Below, one piece after another: positions 57,005 through 64,000 of a DNA stretch of 64,000 nucleotides. The first letter of the stretch is position 1; every line of letters begins with the position of its first letter. Made by a program: the position numbers and the translations under genes. The DNA is from an uncultured Gammaproteobacteria bacterium (lineage in GTDB: Bacteria > Patescibacteriota > Microgenomatia > CAZETR01 > Amesbacteraceae), in NCBI GenBank assembly GCA_964633995.1, contig CAZWKN010000001.1, positions 134,527 to 198,526 on the forward strand, read 5' to 3'. Below the pieces are notes generated by a model. The model had not been told where the DNA came from, ran no database searches, and saw only the letters and a program-made list of their open reading frames with translations.

Positions 57005-57142
57005 TGAAACAGATAATATTTGTCACGGGAAATCAGATGAAGGTTCGGCACGCTAATGAAGCAGTCAGGGATTTCGGTTATGAATTTGTAGCGAAAAAAT
57101 TGGAGATTATTGAGCCCCTTGAAGAAGAGTTTGTGAAGTGAC
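57005..57142 (+). pseudogene. Truncated Ham1/RdgB (non-canonical purine NTP pyrophosphatase) N-terminal fragment
   Basis: MKQIIFVTGNQMKVRHANEAVRDFGYEFV...stop after 45 codons; the Ham1 N-terminus (xIxFxTGNxxK) is recognisable, the remaining ~140 aa are absent and about 290 nt non-coding follow. Confidence 0.45.
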
Positions 57143-57455
57143 TCAAATCAGTGATGTAGCTCCCGACTGCCGGGTATTTGAGGTCTGCCAAAAGAGTTTA
57201 CGGAAACACCGCCTTCGTGATCAGCAGCTATTCTGTATCTGGTGCCACCGACTTGGCGTTCCCGAGTTATTTCTGATATTCCCCACTCCCTGAATTTGAT
57301 CTCGCTTCTGCTACAACTGCCTGAACCACGGTCCAAAGTGTCCTATTTCCTGCCATGTGGAGAAATATAACACGATGTGGAAAATTGTGCAAAAAGAACT
57401 ATATAAAAAAAGATATTAAGTAGATTATTGGGCTTTGATAGGCTATAATCTTTGG

Positions 57456-58085
57456 ATGGTTAAAAAGTTATTAATTACCGGCGGTATGCATGGAGACGAG
57501 TCTGAGACCGCAATATTGGTGCAAAAAATTATAACCGAAAATCCAGATAAGTTTGCCGGGGTGACATATATCCCCTTTTTGAGTCCGAGCGCGTGTGCGG
57601 CAAAGACCCGTAAAAATGCAAGAGGATTGGATTTGAACCGAAGTTTTATCGAATTATGCAATGACCCGGAGGTTTTAAGTGCTAAAAATAGTGTGAGGGG
57701 AAAAAAGTTTGATTTGGCAGTAGATTTTCATGAGGATAGAGATAGAAAACGGGGATTTTATGTTTATGATAATAATGGAGAAATGTCTGACGTGGAGAAG
57801 CTGCAATTGTGTGAGTTGGTGGAGCGGTGTGGATTGAAAATGTTTAGCGGGATAGATGACCCAGATGATATTCATTTGGGGGTAAAAGTGATTGATGGCT
57901 ATGTGCGGACACCTTTTGACAAAGCCGATCCAAATGCTGGTTTTTGGTCTACGTGGCTGATTGGGAGTGGGATATGCCCAAGGGTATTGGATCCGGAGAT
58001 ACCGGGTAAGGCTTCTTTGGAAACTAAGGAGCTGATAGTGGCTGGACTACTGGATTTGGTGTTGGGCTGGTATGAAAGAAACTGA
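57456..58085 (+). CDS. Succinylglutamate desuccinylase/aspartoacylase (AstE/AspA) family zinc hydrolase
   Basis: Start MVKKLLITGGMHGDESE (GGxHGxE zinc motif), later DFHED. Confidence 0.7.
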   Translation: MVKKLLITGGMHGDESETAILVQKIITENPDKFAGVTYIPFLSPSACAAKTRKNARGLDLNRSFIELCNDPEVLSAKNSVRGKKFDLAVDFHEDRDRKRGFYVYDNNGEMSDVEKLQLCELVERCGLKMFSGIDDPDDIHLGVKVIDGYVRTPFDKADPNAGFWSTWLIGSGICPRVLDPEIPGKASLETKELIVAGLLDLVLGWYERN

Positions 58086-58151
58086 CCTTTCGTAAAAGCT
58101 CAAGGATTCTTTCATATATCTCGCTATGCTCGCTATAAAATAGCTTTCTTT

Positions 58152-58258
58152 GCGGGTATAATTAATTATCGGGGTGTATCGGAAGGACTTGGGGCCCCTG
58201 CCCCAAAACTTCCTCTATCTCTCGCAAAGCTCGTGATAATTCATCGGCTTGAAAATTT
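58152..58258 (+). promoter_or_regulatory. Structured tRNA-leader repeat (copy C) upstream of tRNA-Pro
   Basis: gcgggtata...tcggaaggacttggggcccctgccccaaaacttcctctatctctcgc; same family as 63003-63069 and 63390-63456. Confidence 0.55.
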
Positions 58259-58330
58259 CGGGGTGTAATTCATCGGTAGAATGCTCGGTTTGGGACCGAG
58301 ATGCACGGGGTTCAATTCCCCGCACCCCGA
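58259..58330 (+). tRNA. tRNA-Pro (anticodon UGG)
   Basis: Manual fold: C1-G72 acceptor CGGGGUG/CACCCCG (typical bacterial tRNA-Pro), anticodon loop UUUGGGA, T-loop GGTTCAATTCC. Confidence 0.8.
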
Positions 58331-58367
58331 CAGATAGATATTTTTTTGATATATAGGTTAAAATCAA

Positions 58368-58838
58368 GTGGTGAGTAGCCTTGACGTATTATTGAGAAAA
58401 TCGGGTAAGACGTTTTTGTCGATTTTTGCGGTCTCAGCTATTTTGCCGGTGATGCTGTTTGGGGTATTGGGAAAGGGAAATTTCAACTTTTTGACCAAGG
58501 CTGATCAGCCAACAGAACTTCAGATTTGGTTTGAACCGGATGAAGTTGTTTCCCGAGTTGGTCTGCCTGTACGGGTAAAGGTAATGGGACTGTATGATGA
58601 CAAGGCCAGATTAATTCCCAGTGTAGAAGCGGTTGTGGATGGCGGTGGGGAGGTGGCGATTTTTCCATCAAAAATTGAATACGGGACAGCATTTACCGGG
58701 CAAGTAGTCTTGGGTGAAATTAGTTTGGTTTCAAAGTCTATGGGAAAGTATGAGGTAACAATTCCTCAGGAGAAGGTTTTTACCGGTTTGCCCAATTTGA
58801 CGATTTTGTCCAGCCCATTGACGGTTGTCGCTAAATAG
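58368..58838 (+). CDS. Hypothetical membrane-anchored protein at the head of the second pseudopilin operon
   Basis: 156 aa; N-terminal TM, beta-rich C-terminus. Confidence 0.4.
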   Translation: MVSSLDVLLRKSGKTFLSIFAVSAILPVMLFGVLGKGNFNFLTKADQPTELQIWFEPDEVVSRVGLPVRVKVMGLYDDKARLIPSVEAVVDGGGEVAIFPSKIEYGTAFTGQVVLGEISLVSKSMGKYEVTIPQEKVFTGLPNLTILSSPLTVVAK

Positions 58839-58845
58839 ATTTTTT

Positions 58846-59283
58846 ATGAAATTAAATCCTGCCCTGACACTTATAGAAGTACTTGTGGTGACGGCATTGA
58901 TTGCAGCTTTTTCGGTTGGGTCGTTGATTGCGTATTTTAATATTCAAAGCAAGCAGGCTCTGCAGTCGTCTGTGGATAGATTTGCCAACGTGGCCAAGAG
59001 TGCCAGAATTTACGCAAGGGAAAGCAAGGGAGGAAAGGCGTGGGGAGTTAAATCGGTTGATTCTAAATCTTATTCTTTAGTTTCCGGAAAAAAAGAGGCA
59101 CCTGTCTTGGAGGGGCAGTATGGACTTGAATCGCCCGTTGAGTTTGACTCGGGGTTTGAATTTTGGTTTAACCAGGGCGAGGGTACATTGAACGATCCGG
59201 TCTCGGTTAGGTTTAGGGTGGAGAGAAACGCTACGTATAAACAAGTGGATATTTCTTTGACGGGAGTCGTTCAGATTTTATAG
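58846..59283 (+). CDS. Pseudopilin (GspH-like)
   Basis: Start MKLNPALTLIEVLVVTALIAAF (prepilin N-terminus, Glu+5). Confidence 0.6.
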   Translation: MKLNPALTLIEVLVVTALIAAFSVGSLIAYFNIQSKQALQSSVDRFANVAKSARIYARESKGGKAWGVKSVDSKSYSLVSGKKEAPVLEGQYGLESPVEFDSGFEFWFNQGEGTLNDPVSVRFRVERNATYKQVDISLTGVVQIL

Positions 59284-59284
59284 T

Positions 59285-59773
59285 ATGAAAAAAGGAACTA
59301 CTCTATTAGAAGTATTAATATCGTTGGCCATCTTGGGGATTTTGATGGGAAGTTTTTTCCCGACAGTGGCTTTTTTGACACGCCAGTCAAGAAAATTTCA
59401 ATATGACAGTGAGGCTTCTTCTGTACTACAAGAAGGAATGGAAATTGCTTATAACGTTTTTTTGACTAACTGGAATGCAGTGAGTGACACAGGGACATAT
59501 CATCCGGTTTTGAATGCAAGTGTGGACCCTAACATATGGGGTTTGGAACCGGACGAAAAGATGGTTCGGTCGAGGTATACAAGAAAAATAGAGGTATTTC
59601 GGGTATGCAGAAATTTGAGTTCTGGTCAACAAAAAACAGGAGAATGTATAAGTGGTAACGACTATGATCTCAATAGCAGGTTAATCAAGACAACTGTTAT
59701 CTGGAAAGAAAATCAGGTAGATAGGGAAATTGCGTCCGAATTGTTAATTACTAGATTGCCGGATAATTTATGA
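59285..59773 (+). CDS. Pseudopilin (GspI/J-like)
   Basis: MKKGTTLLEVLISLAILGIL prepilin N-terminus. Confidence 0.6.
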   Translation: MKKGTTLLEVLISLAILGILMGSFFPTVAFLTRQSRKFQYDSEASSVLQEGMEIAYNVFLTNWNAVSDTGTYHPVLNASVDPNIWGLEPDEKMVRSRYTRKIEVFRVCRNLSSGQQKTGECISGNDYDLNSRLIKTTVIWKENQVDREIASELLITRLPDNL

Positions 59774-60222
59774 AGAAGGGATTTACATTAATAGAATTAT
59801 TGTTGGCTGTTTCTTTGTCGGGGGTAATTTTTGTCGTAGTGAGTTCCCTGCTTATGTTTGTGGTAACTTCTGACTTAAAAAATAAACGCCAAGAAGCCTT
59901 TGAACAAGTGAAAAACGATATGCAAATAGAACTATCGAACGCTGTAAGATGGGGGAAGGAGATCTCGTATAGTGCGGGAGAACTAGTGATAGATGGGGTT
60001 ACGTACCGACTGTTGGATGGGCGGATGTATAAAAATGCCGACCCGATCACATCAGCCGGAGTAACTATAAAAAGTTTCGGAATAAACAACTTCAGTAATG
60101 ACCTGCGGTATGTGAGCCTTAGTATTGACCTTGAGATGGAAGATAGAAGTTATGCACTATCAAACGACGTATTGACCATAGTTGTTTCTCAAAGGAAAAC
60201 GCAGTTGGGAGAGAGTATATGA
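59770..60222 (+). CDS. Pseudopilin (GspJ/PilW-like)
   Basis: MKKGFTLIELLLAVSLSGVIFVVV prepilin N-terminus; 4-nt overlaps on both sides. Confidence 0.65.
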   Translation: MKKGFTLIELLLAVSLSGVIFVVVSSLLMFVVTSDLKNKRQEAFEQVKNDMQIELSNAVRWGKEISYSAGELVIDGVTYRLLDGRMYKNADPITSAGVTIKSFGINNFSNDLRYVSLSIDLEMEDRSYALSNDVLTIVVSQRKTQLGESI

Positions 60223-61373
60223 GAAAGGGGTTTTCGAGTTTGATTGTTATCTTTGTTTTGTCTGTTGTAGCTATGTTTGTTTTTGTAGCCTGGCAATCAC
60301 GGATATTACTGTCTATTTCTAGGAGCCAGTCGTTATCTGATATGTTGAAATCTACTTACATTGCGGAATCGTGGATTAATGACGTGATAGCGCGATTTGT
60401 TGGCAATTATCCTGCTGCGTTTAGTTTTCCTTTTCTAAATACCAACACACTTGGGGATGGGACGGTGGTGAAGTCTGAAGGGGTGTCCGGCGAAGGAGTC
60501 GAAAAAATTAAAGTTACTGCCTCGAGGCAATTTGCATCCAGTGGAATAGAGCTGGAAAGACGGACTACGGCGTTGCCGGTGAATGCCATAGATAATGTAA
60601 AAATAGTTTTGAACATTGACTGCACCAGAAGCATGAACAACAAAGCAGATGCGGCGTGTACGACTGGGTGCACTAGCAGAATGCATGAAGCAAAGTTGGC
60701 GGCCAGAAATTTTGCAGAAGCCGTAAAACAATTTAATACCACACACGCCGCTCCGGTGTTGGAGTTGGGTTTATCGACATTTGCGTTAAATAGTAAATGG
60801 GTGACGGATTCGGTGGGAAATGAATTGGTCCCCGGAAGCGATATCGATAGAATTATAGAAGGTATTGATGATAACTTTTCGGACACTCAGGAGGACAGCA
60901 GGGCATGCAGATCCCCTCTTAACAGTGGGGCTACTAATATTGGTGTAGGGCTGGAGTTTATGAATAATTATTTTGTGGGCGTAGGAGCAAATATTCGGGA
61001 AAAAAGGATCGAAGTGGTAATTACCGATGGGGAGCCTAATTCGACTAACGTGAATGATTATTGTGGCGCTACCTCTTGCACTTTGCACTGTGCTGATGCT
61101 GCCAGAAGACTTCTGGCTTGTGATTTGGCAAAAGATAGTGTGTTGGTAAGTGAGGTGGGTAAGCTTGGTCTACGGCCGGAGGGGGTGGAGGCGTATTCGG
61201 TTACAATCTCTAATGAAGTAGCCCAGGAAACTAAGGATATTTTGACGAGTTATTCTAATCAGTATTTTGATTCTGCCAACGCAACGAAATTAAATGGGGT
61301 ATTACAAACATTGCTGTCACAAATAATTGAAAGTTCCAGCGGTATCACAATCAGGAGGGTGTTACCTTTATGA
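60219..61373 (+). CDS. Pilin-like N-terminus fused to von Willebrand factor A (vWA) domain: putative pilus-tip adhesin/GspK-like
   Basis: MRKGFSSLIVIFVLSVVAM pseudopilin-like N-terminus; IVLNIDCTRSMNN (DxTxS MIDAS-like) ... ITDGEPNST (vWA). Confidence 0.55.
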   Translation: MRKGFSSLIVIFVLSVVAMFVFVAWQSRILLSISRSQSLSDMLKSTYIAESWINDVIARFVGNYPAAFSFPFLNTNTLGDGTVVKSEGVSGEGVEKIKVTASRQFASSGIELERRTTALPVNAIDNVKIVLNIDCTRSMNNKADAACTTGCTSRMHEAKLAARNFAEAVKQFNTTHAAPVLELGLSTFALNSKWVTDSVGNELVPGSDIDRIIEGIDDNFSDTQEDSRACRSPLNSGATNIGVGLEFMNNYFVGVGANIREKRIEVVITDGEPNSTNVNDYCGATSCTLHCADAARRLLACDLAKDSVLVSEVGKLGLRPEGVEAYSVTISNEVAQETKDILTSYSNQYFDSANATKLNGVLQTLLSQIIESSSGITIRRVLPL

Positions 61374-62410
61374 AAAAGTTGTTAATTTTTTTATTGGTTG
61401 TGAGCAGTTTGGTAATGGTGGTTGGAAAATTAATTATGAAAAAACAAAGTGTGGATGTTTTACGAACCGATTGGACAAGGGGAAATGCCGGTGCTTCAGT
61501 CCTATTGGTTGAATATGGCGATTTCCAGTGTCCGTCGTGTGGGGCTTATTATCCGATAATAAAGCAATTGGAGACCGAGTATAAAGATAAATTGGCTGTG
61601 GTGTTTAGACAATACCCACTAGAACATGTGCATAAAAATGCCCTTGCTGCCGCAAAAGCTGCTGAGGCAGCGGGAGAGCTGGGTAAATTTTGGGAGATGC
61701 ACGATGTGTTGTTTGAGAAGCAAAAGGAGTGGGTTGATTTGGATAATCCCCTGCCAAAATTTAATGAGTATGCCCAGGGGTTGGGTCTTTCCAAAGATAG
61801 ATTTAACAGCTTGATGAATGACGCAAAAATAGAGACAAATATAAGAGCAGATATGGCAACAGGAGACAAGGCAAATGTAGAAGGAACCCCCACTTTTTTT
61901 GTAAACGGAAAGATAATAGGATTGCCGGGAGGGCTAGAGGGGTTTAAAAAAATTATTAATGGGGCTTCGGTCGATACTTCTGAAAAAGTACACGATCATT
62001 TCGATTTTGCAATGTATACAGATTTGGGTGATAAGATGAATTTTGCCAAGCCTGAATTTATGGAGAGGGACGAGGCTATTCACATGCATGACAACAATGG
62101 CGAGGTGGTGCATATTCATTCAAAAGGCGTGACGCTTGGTCAGTTTTTAAAATCAATCGGCGAAGAAAGTCCGGCAGAGGCGGCTTGGTATGTAAATGGT
62201 GTAAAAATGAACGGTCCCTTGGATAATTATCAGCCGAAAGATTTGGATAGAATTGTGGTTAATATTATGGGAATCGGGCAGACGTTAAATAATGCGGTGT
62301 TAGATAAGATGGTGTCGGACAAAGCCTGCATTTATTCCGAGAAATGTCCGGAACGGGGCAAACCTCCTACGGAAGAGTGTGTGGGTGGTTTGGGGACAGA
62401 TTGCAAATAA
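61370..62410 (+). CDS. DsbA-like thiol:disulfide oxidoreductase with extra C-terminal domain
   Basis: Signal/anchor; LVEYGDFQCPSCGAYYP (CxxC thioredoxin fold), TPTFFVNGK (cis-Pro loop region); about 150-aa C-terminal extension with a terminal Cys cluster. Confidence 0.65.
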   Translation: MKKLLIFLLVVSSLVMVVGKLIMKKQSVDVLRTDWTRGNAGASVLLVEYGDFQCPSCGAYYPIIKQLETEYKDKLAVVFRQYPLEHVHKNALAAAKAAEAAGELGKFWEMHDVLFEKQKEWVDLDNPLPKFNEYAQGLGLSKDRFNSLMNDAKIETNIRADMATGDKANVEGTPTFFVNGKIIGLPGGLEGFKKIINGASVDTSEKVHDHFDFAMYTDLGDKMNFAKPEFMERDEAIHMHDNNGEVVHIHSKGVTLGQFLKSIGEESPAEAAWYVNGVKMNGPLDNYQPKDLDRIVVNIMGIGQTLNNAVLDKMVSDKACIYSEKCPERGKPPTEECVGGLGTDCK

Positions 62411-62412
62411 AT

Positions 62413-62991
62413 ATGACTTCACGGACCCACGATTTGTTTGCTTTTACATTCCTGGCCGGAACCGTAGCTTATTTTCAATTGGGAGCTATGAGTTTGTCGA
62501 CTGCCGTAGTAGCTCTGGCGACTGGATTTTTGGGAGGGTTGGCGCCGGATTTAGACGAGCCTGGGTCTGCTCTGTGGCGAAGACTACCAGCTGGATCTGG
62601 ATCGATAGTAGGAAGAATAGTGGCCCCGATATTCGGATCACATAGGTTTATTTCCCATTCCATAGTTGGATTATGTTTGTTTGGATTTGGAGCTAAAAGA
62701 TTGTTGGATCTCGTATCCCCTGTAGTGCTAGTAGACATGAATGTGGTGTGGTGGGGCTTTGTGTTGGGAGTAGTTTCCCATTTGGTAGCAGATTCACTAA
62801 CCGTGGAGGGTGTGCCGTGGCTGTGGCCTTTGAAATGGAAATTTGGTTTCCCCCCATTTGCGTTTTTGCGAATAAAGACGGGAGGGTTTTTGGAAAAATT
62901 TTTGGTGTTCCCTGCTCTACTGGGTTTAAACGGAGCGCTTTTTTATTACCGTTATCAAATCTTTTTAAATTTTATCAAGGGGTTGGTATAA
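62413..62991 (+). CDS. Membrane-bound metal-dependent hydrolase (DUF457/YdjM-like)
   Basis: Start MTSRTHDLFAFTFLAG; H/D-rich motifs (HDLF, HSIVG, SHLVAD) across about 5 TM helices. Confidence 0.5.
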   Translation: MTSRTHDLFAFTFLAGTVAYFQLGAMSLSTAVVALATGFLGGLAPDLDEPGSALWRRLPAGSGSIVGRIVAPIFGSHRFISHSIVGLCLFGFGAKRLLDLVSPVVLVDMNVVWWGFVLGVVSHLVADSLTVEGVPWLWPLKWKFGFPPFAFLRIKTGGFLEKFLVFPALLGLNGALFYYRYQIFLNFIKGLV

Positions 62992-63002
62992 TAAGGGGGT
63001 TC

Positions 63003-63069
63003 GCGGGTATATCAGAAAGACTTGGAACTGATGTTCCAAAATTTCTTCTATACTCCGCTCGCCACGCTC
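63003..63069 (+). promoter_or_regulatory. Structured tRNA-leader repeat (copy A) preceding the truncated tRNA-Gly copy
   Basis: gcgggtatatcagaaagacttggaactgatgttccaaaatttcttctatactccgctcgc; inner and outer stems differ from copies B and C by compensatory substitutions. Confidence 0.55.
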
Positions 63070-63091
63070 GCGGGTATAGCTCAATGGTAGA
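63070..63091 (+). pseudogene. Truncated tRNA-Gly 5-prime fragment (nt 1-22 through the D-arm)
   Basis: gcgggtatagctcaatggtaga is identical to the first 22 nt of the intact tRNA-Gly at 63457, then diverges into the palindrome CCTGCCTGCCGGCAGGCAGG. Confidence 0.7.
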
Positions 63092-63111
63092 CCTGCCTGC
63101 CGGCAGGCAGG
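63092..63111. repeat. Perfect 20-nt palindrome CCTGCCTGCCGGCAGGCAGG at the junction of the truncated tRNA-Gly copy and the GIY-YIG gene
   Basis: Identical to 54380-54399 within dinB. Confidence 0.7.
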
Positions 63112-63123
63112 GCACAGTTTTCC

Positions 63124-63369
63124 ATGTATTTTGTGTACATAATTCAAAGCAGTTCAACTAAAAAGTTTTATACTGGAATTACTAACAACATTGACAGGCG
63201 GCTTGAAGAGCACAATCGGATTAATTCTAATTCAGTGGTATCTCGTGGGTTGACTGATTTCGAGTTGGTATATACAGAAGAAGTTTGTGATAGAATTTCA
63301 GCACGAAAACTCGAAAAATACTTAAAATCAGGAGCAGGTAGAGAGTTTCGAGATGAAATAGTAAAATGA
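63124..63369 (+). CDS. GIY-YIG nuclease-domain protein (free-standing homing-endonuclease-like)
   Basis: 81 aa; MYFVYIIQSSSTKKFYTGITNNIDRRLEEHN matches the GIY-(10-11)-YIG ... R ... E ... N catalytic motif order. Confidence 0.75.
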   Translation: MYFVYIIQSSSTKKFYTGITNNIDRRLEEHNRINSNSVVSRGLTDFELVYTEEVCDRISARKLEKYLKSGAGREFRDEIVK

Positions 63370-63389
63370 CGGTGACGCTCGTTTCACTC

Positions 63390-63456
63390 GCGGGTATATC
63401 GGAAGATCTTGGGGCCCCTGCCCCAAAACTTCCTCTATTCCCCGCTCGCTACGTTC
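63390..63456 (+). promoter_or_regulatory. Structured tRNA-leader repeat (copy B) upstream of intact tRNA-Gly
   Basis: gcgggtatatcggaagatcttggggcccctgccccaaaacttcctctattccccgctcgc. Confidence 0.55.
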
Positions 63457-63527
63457 GCGGGTATAGCTCAATGGTAGAGCACTAGTTTTCCAAACTAGGT
63501 ACAGGGGTCCGATTCCCCTTACCCGCT
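63457..63527 (+). tRNA. tRNA-Gly (anticodon UCC)
   Basis: Manual fold: GCGGGUA acceptor, D-arm GCUCAAUGGUAGAGC, anticodon loop UUUCCAA, T-loop GGTCCGATTCC, discriminator U. Confidence 0.85.
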
Positions 63528-63744
63528 CTCGTCTTTCGTCGATCCGTCGCCTTTGGCTAGGACGACTACGGACGATAGTGGGTGATATGTCTAGATCAGA
63601 AGCAGCTGCTCAAAGAGTAAGAAGAAAAAGAGTGGAGTCTGGGGTAATGAATTGATTGTTTTGGGATTGGCGGGTTTGCCGATTGCCGGCATTATTTCAT
63701 TTGTCATGGCCAATTCCAGTTGATAAAAACAAATAGTTCGATAC

Positions 63745-64000
63745 TTAAGATATTTCCACGCTGGTGATGGTGATGGGGACTAAGGGGGAAGATTTTTCGC
63801 CGGAGGGGCCGAATTTAACTGGACCATTGGCGATTTTGTCTACAGTGTCGAGGCCTTCTGTAACCTGGCCAAAAATGACATAATTTTTGGGAAGAGGGAC
63901 ATCGGAGTGCATGATAAAGAATTGGCTGCCGTTGGTATTTGGTCCGGCATTGGCCATGGCAACAGTACCTCTGAGATATTCCCCCGTAAAAGGTTCGTCG
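63745..64000 (-). CDS. Cyclophilin-type PPIase, C-terminal part (gene continues beyond the window end)
   Basis: [32 protein letters not shown] is the cyclophilin catalytic core; an open frame continues to position 64000. Confidence 0.7.
   Translation of the reverse strand, partial: DEPFTGEYLRGTVAMANAGPNTNGSQFFIMHSDVPLPKNYVIFGQVTEGLDTVDKIANGPVKFGPSGEKSSPLVPITITSVEIS

Noticed and set aside
56388-57051. ORFs 56388-56570 and 56641-57051 across the tRNA cluster
   Set aside because: Overlap six manually folded tRNA genes; no coding signal.
57143-57350. SRP RNA or 6S RNA in the non-coding stretch after the rdgB fragment
   Set aside because: No GGAA-type tetraloop with the symmetric SRP domain IV motif and no obvious 6S-like long interrupted helix; left as unexplained non-coding DNA.
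63003-63091. Considered a group I intron interrupting tRNA-Gly and carrying the GIY-YIG ORF
   Set aside because: The 5-prime fragment is followed by a complete intact tRNA-Gly (all 71 nt) rather than only the 3-prime exon, and no P/Q/R/S-like intron core was recognisable. An insertion or duplication model fits better, though an intron-derived origin cannot be excluded.

Overview
Low-GC, gene-dense bacterial chromosomal window. Inference: a reduced genome of the CPR/Patescibacteria type, because ThrRS, PheT, GyrB, trigger factor and HolB are all shortened, both strands are tightly packed, and a type IV pilus locus has no secretin. Core content: hisS; dnaB; gyrA-ppa-gyrB-holB; a complete type IV pilus locus (pilB-pilT-pilC-pilin-pilD, six pilin/pseudopilin genes, pilM-pilN-pilO); rnc, ACP-like, nusB, rpmF and recG; a class A PBP; the thrS-infC-rpmI-rplT-pheS-pheT block; nfo; tig plus cyclophilin; dinB; and a second pseudopilin operon carrying a vWA-domain tip protein and a DsbA-like oxidoreductase. 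Eleven tRNA genes were read directly from the sequence, including all five Leu isoacceptors (CAA, UAG, GAG, UAA, CAG). Accessory or unusual content: (1) a tyrosine recombinase followed by a SET-domain protein, two tandem ATP-grasp paralogues and a GT-C glycosyltransferase; (2) a PIG-L/LmbE deacetylase, PfkB kinase and unknown 441-aa protein operon; (3) a GIY-YIG endonuclease gene lying between a truncated tRNA-Gly 5-prime copy and an intact tRNA-Gly, with duplicated leaders; (4) two structure-conserved hairpin repeat families, one upstream of tRNA genes and one downstream of highly expressed genes; (5) an identical 20-nt perfect palindrome next to the GIY-YIG gene and inside dinB; (6) short in-frame microsatellite-like insertions in several housekeeping genes; (7) a GC-rich about 430-nt intergenic stretch with RNase P RNA-like motifs. 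No CRISPR array, no rRNA and no obvious defence cassette are visible. All functional calls come from motifs read in the translated ORFs, without a database search.
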